DNA of 58,204 nt, the filler included, from Circinaria calcarea (lineage: Eukaryota): NCBI GenBank assembly GCA_051942165.1. It is 6 parts of 6 records of this genome, joined end to end, with 100 filler letters (N's around TTAATTAATTAA, not from the genome) between each part and the next. Parts side by side here need not be neighbours in the genome. Positions count along the whole stretch, not along the records: positions 48,603 to 58,204 come from JAVECS010000907.1; 5 more parts are not named here. The stretch is one strand, 5' to 3'. Below the pieces are notes generated by a model. It worked only from the letters and a program-made list of their open reading frames with translations. It had not been told where the DNA came from and ran no database searches. The translations under genes were made by a program, and so were the position numbers. Of this stretch, positions 50,794-58,204 are shown one piece after another. Positions within the stretch are counted from its first letter, which is position 1. Each line of letters begins with the position of its first letter.

Positions 50794-53700
50794 TCAAATT
50801 TGCAGTGCCCGAATAACCGCCTCTTGGAGGTACCTCTCGAGCCGTCCTTCTTCGTCCATCATACGCACGTTAGCACCCATTTGCACTAGTAGCTCTGCTA
50901 CAGCTGCGTGGCCGTTAGAGGCTGCTTTTTGTAAGGCCGTCTCTCCATTAAAACCAACTGCTTCAATGTTCGCCCCCTTTTCGACTAGTAGCCATACTAC
51001 TTTTTCGTGGCCTTTTGCTGCTGCTATATGCAAAGGTGTGCGCTTATGACCATCAACTGCTTCAGTTTTCGCCCCCTTTTCCACCAGCAGCCGTACTACT
51101 TTTTCGTGGCCTTTTGCTGCTGCTATATGCAAAGGTGTGCGCTTATGACCATCAACTGCTTCAATATTCGCCCCCTTTTCCACCAGCAGCCATACAGTAG
51201 CTTCTTGATCAAAGATTGCTGCTCTATGTAAGGGTGTGTTCTTATGAACATCGACTGCTTCAATATTGGCTCCATGTTCCAATAGTAACCGTGCGATGGC
51301 TTTATGGCCGCACGATGCTAATTCGTGTAAGGGCGTGCTCTCCTTGTCATCAAGTGGTTCAACATTGGCTCCATGTTCCAATAGTAACCGTACAATGGTT
51401 TCATGGCCGCCCGCTGATGCGATATAAAGGGATGTGCGTTTATAAACACCAACTGCTTCAAGGTTCGCCCCCTTTTCCACTAGGAGCTGTACAACGTCTT
51501 CGTGGCCACTCGCTGCTGCTGTATGCAAAGGTGTGCTCTTATGATCATCAACTGCTTCAATATCCGCCTCTTTTTGAACCAGCAGCCGTACCACAGCTTC
51601 ATGGCCGAAGAGTGCTGCTTTATGTAAGGGTGTGCTCTCATCAATATAAACTGCTTCAACGTTCGCTCCCTTTTCCAATAATAGCTGTACAACGTCTTCG
51701 TGGCCTCTCGCTGCTGCTGTATGCAAAGGTGTGCTCTTATGAACACCAACTGCTTCAATGTTCGCTCCCTTTTCCAATAGTAGCTGTACAACGTCTTCGT
51801 GGCCACTCGCTGCTGCTGTATGCAAAGGTGTGCTCTTATGACCATCGACTGCTTCAATGTTTGCCCCTTTTTGGATTAGCAGCCGTACAATAGCTTCATG
51901 GCCGTTCCTTGCTGCTTTATGTAAGGGTGTGCTCTCATCTATATCAACTGCTTCAATGTTCGCTCCTTTTTGGAGTAGCAGCCATACAACCGCTTCATGG
52001 CCGTTCGCTGCTGCTTTATCTAAGGCCGTGACTCCCCCGTGAGGATCTACTGCTTCAATCTTGGCTCCACGTCTCAAGAGGAGCTGTACGGTTGCTGCTT
52101 CACCATTGGCTGCTGCTCCATAAAGGCAAGCATCTTGAAGTAGCTGCACTACGTTGATGTACTCGTTTAAAGCTGCTAGCACTAGCGTTGTGTTTCTATT
52201 TCCATCACGAGCATCAATTAAAGCACCTTTCTTAAGTAGTAGCTTTATCGCCGATTCGTGCCCGTTCAAAACAGCTAGATCAAGCGCTGTTTCTCCTTCC
52301 ACATTCTCTGAGTCCAGGGAAGCCGTTCTTTCAATTAGCAACTGTGTTGTTGAAGCATGTTCATTGGAGCCTGCGATATGTAAAGATTGATTTTCCAATG
52401 CTATTTTCGCGTTAAGATCGAGGTTGGGTACCTGATTAATCAGGTACTGTAGTGTAGTTGTGTGGCCATGCTTAGCAGCCCAGAAAATTATTTCGGCTGT
52501 CGGTACAGGCCCCTCGAGTCCCCATTTGTGTAGTAGCTGAACCATTGCCACATGGTTGTTCTTCATTGCTTTTATTAAGGCTATGCCTCCATCCCTTATC
52601 CGTAGACCGTGGAGACTGCTCAAGGGCATGTGCTCTAACATGTATTGTATTACCACATTATGGCCATTCTTGGCTGCTTTTGATAATAGCTCTGAATCTC
52701 CCAGAAGAGACTTATCAGCAGCTATCAAAAGTTTTATGACTCGCAGATGACCATGACTAAATGCACTGGATATAGCTTCAGGGTTGTGATCCTTAGCATA
52801 GCGATAATAGGCCGGCAGAGGTAGCCCAGTTGTTGGTCTCAGGAGTAAAGCTAGAAGAGGTTCATGACCTGCTTCGACAGCCCAAAGAAAGAGTGTCATG
52901 TATGGTAGGGATGGTGGTCCCAGGTTGGCGCCCCAGCTTCGAAAATTAAATGTCATTGTCTTATTCAGAGCGAGATGTTTGAACATCAACCACATGCCTA
53001 CTTTCGGGGACTCCGGATAAGACAAGCCGGACGTATGCCAAGTCCAATGCCTAATGGCATAACTGAGGAAAGTGTATTTGCTGTCTAACACCGGTGTAGG
53101 TATTTTCTTTTTGGCTTTGGACACGAGTACTGAATAGTCAAGGTCAGGTAAGCTCTGCTTATCGTCTCCACGCCATAGCCAGTGCAGTGCGTCATAGAGT
53201 CGTGTTCCAGCCCCCAACACGGTAGCAATCTGTCCTACCCCCGTCGGTGCAAGGATCCCGGTTGGTTGCAGTACGCGATTAGGCGGCAACGCTGTAATCT
53301 GAGTCTCAAAGTCTGAGAAAGAAAGATAGGTCACACAGACACCTGCAGCATAGAGGTCAACCTCTGAAAGTTCAAAACGGAAGTCAGGCGATGAGCCAGT
53401 CTGTTGTTCCGAGAGCAGGTATTGTTGAACGCTGTGATGGATAAAGTGAACAGCGCCATCTTCAATGTCCAAAACTACTAAATTTCCGCAAGATTGTATA
53501 AGGTGTTGCCCATTAGGATCTGTCGATATCTTTCCAATATCCCACGTCTCATCCCCGGGATCAACTGCAATGGCCTCTTTCAGTTCGCCAATCAACAAGG
53601 GGCGCCTCGCGCAGAGAACCCATTTCAGAATCCTTTGTACCATTTTTATGTTTCGTGAATTTTTCTGCCCTATCTTCGTCAATATCCGCTGATATGTTGC

Positions 53701-55512
53701 TATTAAACCTTCCGGTAGATGTCGAAGGGTTTCCCGAATTCCGGCATCTGATTGCGTTGCATCACATATGTCCTCTAATTGGAGGAATACCCACAGAAAC
53801 CTAGCAGTGTGAGTGGAAATTATAGCAGATGCTCATTCGAAAGGGATACAAACATTCCATGTGCCTTAGCAACCAGTTCCGAGACTATTTCTTGTTTCAG
53901 CGCAGGATCGCGAAGTACCAAATCTCCCTTGTCTATCTTTGAATTAACAGTTTCTTCGACAAATATAGTGATATCTCCTGTAAGCTGTGACTCGTGTATA
54001 TTTACTTGAGGATAGTTTCCCAAAGTCGTTGAGATATGTGTGTCTTTGCGACTTGAGATGTAGATCTTGACAGCCACTCGATCTGATGCCATCAGATATG
54101 TCACCATGGACAGGACCTCGCCTTGCACCTCTCGCCCGCATTCATCCAGGCCGTCGATCACCAAAAATGCGCCCTGATAATTTGAGACCAGGATCGAGCA
54201 TAGGATTTCAACCAGCTCATCTTTGTCAGGGACTTTGGTACCGAATCCGTAAGCTTCACGCAAAAGAGAGCCTACTGCATCTGGTATGGTAGGGCGCCTT
54301 GAAAGTAACTGCTTTATGACTGTTCCCAAGATAGTTGAGGTTTCCAGTGTCTTCTTGTCTGAATAATCACAATAATGAAAGGTAACCGCTTCCTCGTGAT
54401 GAACCTCGTTCAACAGAGTATCAATTACGTTCGAACTAAGGGCATAGTACATAGTTAAATTCGGGAAATCTCGTAAAATTGGTTCCGCAGACTTACGCCA
54501 GAATTGTTTTTCCAGATCCAGCTGGTATCAAGTACTTATTAGCAATGGCCATGACATGGAATATTCATTGGGTGGAAATACGTATCCCATAGCAGCATAA
54601 GCATGCAGATCCCCGACTATCTCTCCAAAATCGAAATTCAGCCGTTTCCGTCAGCCAAGCCCCAGTCTGTTGATGTCTAAGCCTCCTCATCTTCTGATGC
54701 TTTATCTCATACTGAACAGATGATAACATAGATAGAAATTGAATCCGATCGTCCTCTTTCACACGTATAGATCAGCAAAGACGCTCTGTTTAATATTACG
54801 AGCGATATCTGAGCAAACCTTTTCTCTCCTTCTCCAACTGTGCCCTATTCCAGACCTCGAGGTCTCGAGCTTCTTTCGCTTCTATCATATGTGCTATGCC
54901 TGCTTCTTTTTCGACGTTTTTCCGATGTTCCCGGAAATTGTCCATGACCTTCCCAAATTGCTGGTTGAAGGGCTTCCATAATAGCTTGAAATGAATACTG
55001 AAAGTTGATGTAGATGGTCGTTTCCCTTTCCGAAAGACAGCCTTGGCGTCTGTACAGAACTCCAAGATATCTACGTAGACTTTTGAAAGGGCCTGCACCA
55101 AGCGTTCGTGGCTGGCAAACAGCTTTTCATATACCCTAAACTGCGGGAGAACATCGCCAATCCGTACGAACATATCCACGAGCCTCTCAAAGTACTTGTG
55201 AAACTCGCTCGCAAGGTGGAGAACGACCCTCAAACTACCCCATAGTGGAACTAAGACAAGGGACGACACATTCGCATAGACATCAAGTGCTTTACCATAT
55301 TGATCGATGGCAGCAACGAGAGGCTGGAGTTTGGTCCCTAAACGACGGGTTGTGCTTTGAGCTTGATGCGCTTTCTGCATCGCGCTGGCGCTGTAAAAGA
55401 CATTCTCCAACGAGGCATTGTCAAATATCTCTCGCTCGCTCTCGGTAAGGTCGTCGGTGTATCGGCGACGAGCGCGAGCCCAAGCATCTTCAGAAATCAC
55501 AAGGCTGGCCAT
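50794..55512 (-). CDS. Fungal NLR-like protein: helical N-terminal domain, NACHT, winged helix, ankyrin repeats
   Basis: Spliced P-loop YGIP|GSGKTILA, Walker B FLVIDGLDEC, KAHGMF|LWV, ARRPLLIGELKEAIA, VHFIHHSVQQYL, FLSYAIRHW and more than 12 ankyrin repeats. Confidence 0.92.
50870..52120 (-). repeat. Tandem 99-bp ankyrin repeats with high internal conservation
   Basis: About 12 units of TPLHxAAxxGHExVVxLLxEKGANIEAV, some nearly identical at DNA level. Confidence 0.92.
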
Positions 55513-56899
55513 TGCGGGAAAGCACAACGAGTAACAGTACCACGGAAATTGGAGAGGCTTGGAAATAAGAGGATCGTAGCCTGGAGGCGTAATCCATGTA
55601 TATGGGAGAGCTCATAAACATGAGGATGCGGTCACAGATGGGGCTGTGCGAAGTCCGCCTCGGGGTTTGCCCCGAGACTGCACCATGCCGGCAGTGCAGC
55701 GACAGTATAGATCCGACTTTGATTGGAGTAGCCTGCGCCGAAGTGGTGGAGTCCACGGTGTACGTATCATTGAGCTGCACGCTGGTCAGGCAGTTCGCCA
55801 CTCAAGCATTAGCGTAAAAGCAGCTAGTGGGAAAAACCCCCTCCACACCTCGGTGGTCCGGAGTCGGGAACACTTTGCAGCGCGGTAAAAGAGAGATTGG
55901 TGACTATGCGTATCTACAGTATATTCAAGGCAAGCTGACCCTTTCCAACTGGGTCGTACGAATGGCAGTCACACAGCTACCTAAGTATGGTGAGCTCTGA
56001 TTGGCTACTATGTCTTAACTGAGCTCGGCCAGTCAACGCAGATCAGGCAGGACCATTTTGAATTGATGGTTTATATGACCACTATCAAGCTAGTAAGGTA
56101 TTCACAGTGGAAGAAGCTTCTCTCATATGACGTTGATCTTCCTTATCTTTTAGTGCTAGAAGCTGTTACTACAACGGGCTATAACAGGGTCGAAATGGAA
56201 ATAGATACCAAGCAGAAGCATGCTCCCAACTCCAAACCCAAAGCCAAAGCAGAAATTCAGACTCGAGCACTCCAGGGAACTAATCCTACTAAACGCCGGA
56301 GAAATTCAACTTGAACTCCCGCCCATTCTCACCAGGATTTTGGCGTCTGGCTGCCCAGGGCTACTCAGAACAGTGTCAAACGAGGAAAGAGAGCAACCCT
56401 TAAGATTCTTCCTGATAGCTTTCCTGAGAGCTCCTGCCATTTGTGCCTGGCCTTCCTTCTTAGGTTGAAAAGATCGAAGCACCGAGCCATCAAGGATTCC
56501 CCGCCGTTGGAATAAAGGCCGGAATCTCGGTCAGCGGTTCTCAGGGAAATGGAGAGTTGCCGGCGTTGGTAAAGGGGTTGAAACTGACAAACCAACTGTT
56601 GACTCGCTGTGTGAAAGTATCATCACTGAGAGCGAAGATGATAGTTACCAACCTACCTCGAACATGCCCTCACTCTATTCACCTACCTCCGTTCAGGATT
56701 CTCCGTAAACCATGAACTTTTCACGGCGAACACCATGCATTCTACCAGCTCCAGCAGAATAGATGCGGTCACTTTGCGTTTGCACCACGGCTGATAGCAA
56801 CTAGTGCAACATGTTTATTCCTTGCCTTGATCTTTGTTTTCTTATTCGAAGTTGACCTCCGCAGTGCGCGTTCAGGCGTACGTACGGCGCCCGACGCCT

Positions 56900-57788
56900 C
56901 CAAAAGAGCCCCAGATATTAGCTTCGATCTGACAACCTCATACCGAACAGCAGCAATACGCCATCAAAATAGATCATTAACAAACGTTAGGAAAGTTTCT
57001 AGTGATGAAGCCTATCAGAAGATGATGCGAAGGTTCTCGCTGCCTTCATCAAGGCGTAGATGGTAACCGGCACTATCAACTCCTACCAACAAAGTTGACC
57101 TTTTCTAGTCCCCCATACCGAGACATAGGAGAATCCTTCCGTCTCGAGTATACCTGGAGAAACTTCTGAAAGCGGCTAGGACTTCCTGCAACCTCGAAGA
57201 GAAAGAATTGCCCTATGAGCAGACCCTTACCGTTTTATATACGCAGACCTCCATGATCGTGGTCTTGTATCCCATGACGACAGCCTACATGTACTACGAG
57301 CCTAAAGATACCTATTTGATCGATCATAGGGCCGGACTAGGGTCCTTGGCCAACTATCCAGACAATCCAGGTGCTTACTGGGATCGTGTACGTCTTAGGC
57401 TGATTGAGCTTCCACTTGAAGACTGGACGAAACGGCATATCACCAGGGTTCTGCTCCTTGGAGAAAGTGCTCTCGACAAGGAATTCCTACAAGTGGTTGA
57501 GGATGCCATGCGCAGACTACAGGGTGATATACCTACAATCCGTCAATCCGATCCGCTCTAGATAGCCGCCAAAGGTGCCGCCGAATTCGTCAAGCGAGCG
57601 CAGGAAGATCGAACGCAATGGGCACGTTACGAGAATAAAGAAGTATAAGAATTCGTACCAAGCACCACGTACCTCCCCGCAATGTTACTTTCATTAGTAA
57701 GGATTTGTGGATACGACCATCTATTTGAAAGAAACGCCAACCCCCTACCTGTCGCGGTGTCTTTGCTCGACCCTAAGCCACAGTAGTC
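56900..57788 (+). pseudogene. Degraded fungal hypothetical protein of possible actin/Hsp70-like fold
   Basis: ISFDLTTSYRTAAI...AYQKMMRRFSL, RVLLLGESALDKEF and DPL*IAAKGAAEF, with an in-frame TAG at 57559 and other breaks. Confidence 0.5.
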
Positions 57789-58204
57789 ATCCCCAATCTC
57801 CTGATTTATCGTCAAAGCTCGGCAGCGATCAGAAAAGGGAGGACAGAAGACCTGAAATTCACTTAACCCAGAGCAATCGCAACAGCAACATCGACGAATC
57901 CAATCCCTCAACCAGCGAGACCCAACAGCCATCTATCTACCTTAGCATGCAATACAGATTAAACCATCGATATCTCAAACAACAATTCCCCCCCGGGCAT
58001 TCTCCTTCCCATATTTCCACACCGCCACACCACCCATCCCCATTCCTCAAATCCCCTTTACCCTATCTTATCCTTCCAAACGAACCCGATGACGCACAAA
58101 CATATACCAATAGTGTAATCGCATCACCGCAACCCAACCCCAATATCCCCTCCCTCCTCGGACTCTCGGACTCCTCCCACCCTTTTGCGTAAAATATTTC
58201 TATT

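Noticed and set aside
51007..52042. Repetitive alternative-frame and antisense ORFs (e.g. 51216-51893 +)
   Set aside because: Shadows of the ankyrin array.

Overview
Eukaryotic DNA from a filamentous ascomycete (Pezizomycotina): short GT-AG introns with CTRAC/CTAAC branch sites, plus HET, CFEM and NACHT-ankyrin genes. Six segments are joined by five identical 100-nt N-TTAATTAATTAA-N linkers, so adjacency across the gaps is unproven. Housekeeping genes are the SPF1 3' end, ARP6 and formate dehydrogenase. Non-self-recognition or defence-type genes are two HET-domain paralogs, two HeLo-like N-terminal-domain proteins, an Mx-like dynamin and a NACHT-ankyrin NLR. Several genes carry RIP-type lesions. 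Features missing from the ORF track: (1) a RIP-inactivated secreted Kex2-repeat precursor with six GExxx[D/N]GHQSYI-KR units (19578-19968), a candidate unfamiliar fungal RiPP/KEP peptide family; (2) a 254-bp solo LTR with a perfect 5-bp TSD splitting a membrane-protein gene that lies head-to-head with a HET gene; (3) a ~675-bp TIR element; (4) a duplicated 56-bp non-coding element near the HET genes; (5) a tRNA-like/B-box element at ~44.9-45.0 kb. All family assignments are from recognising motifs by eye; no searches were run.
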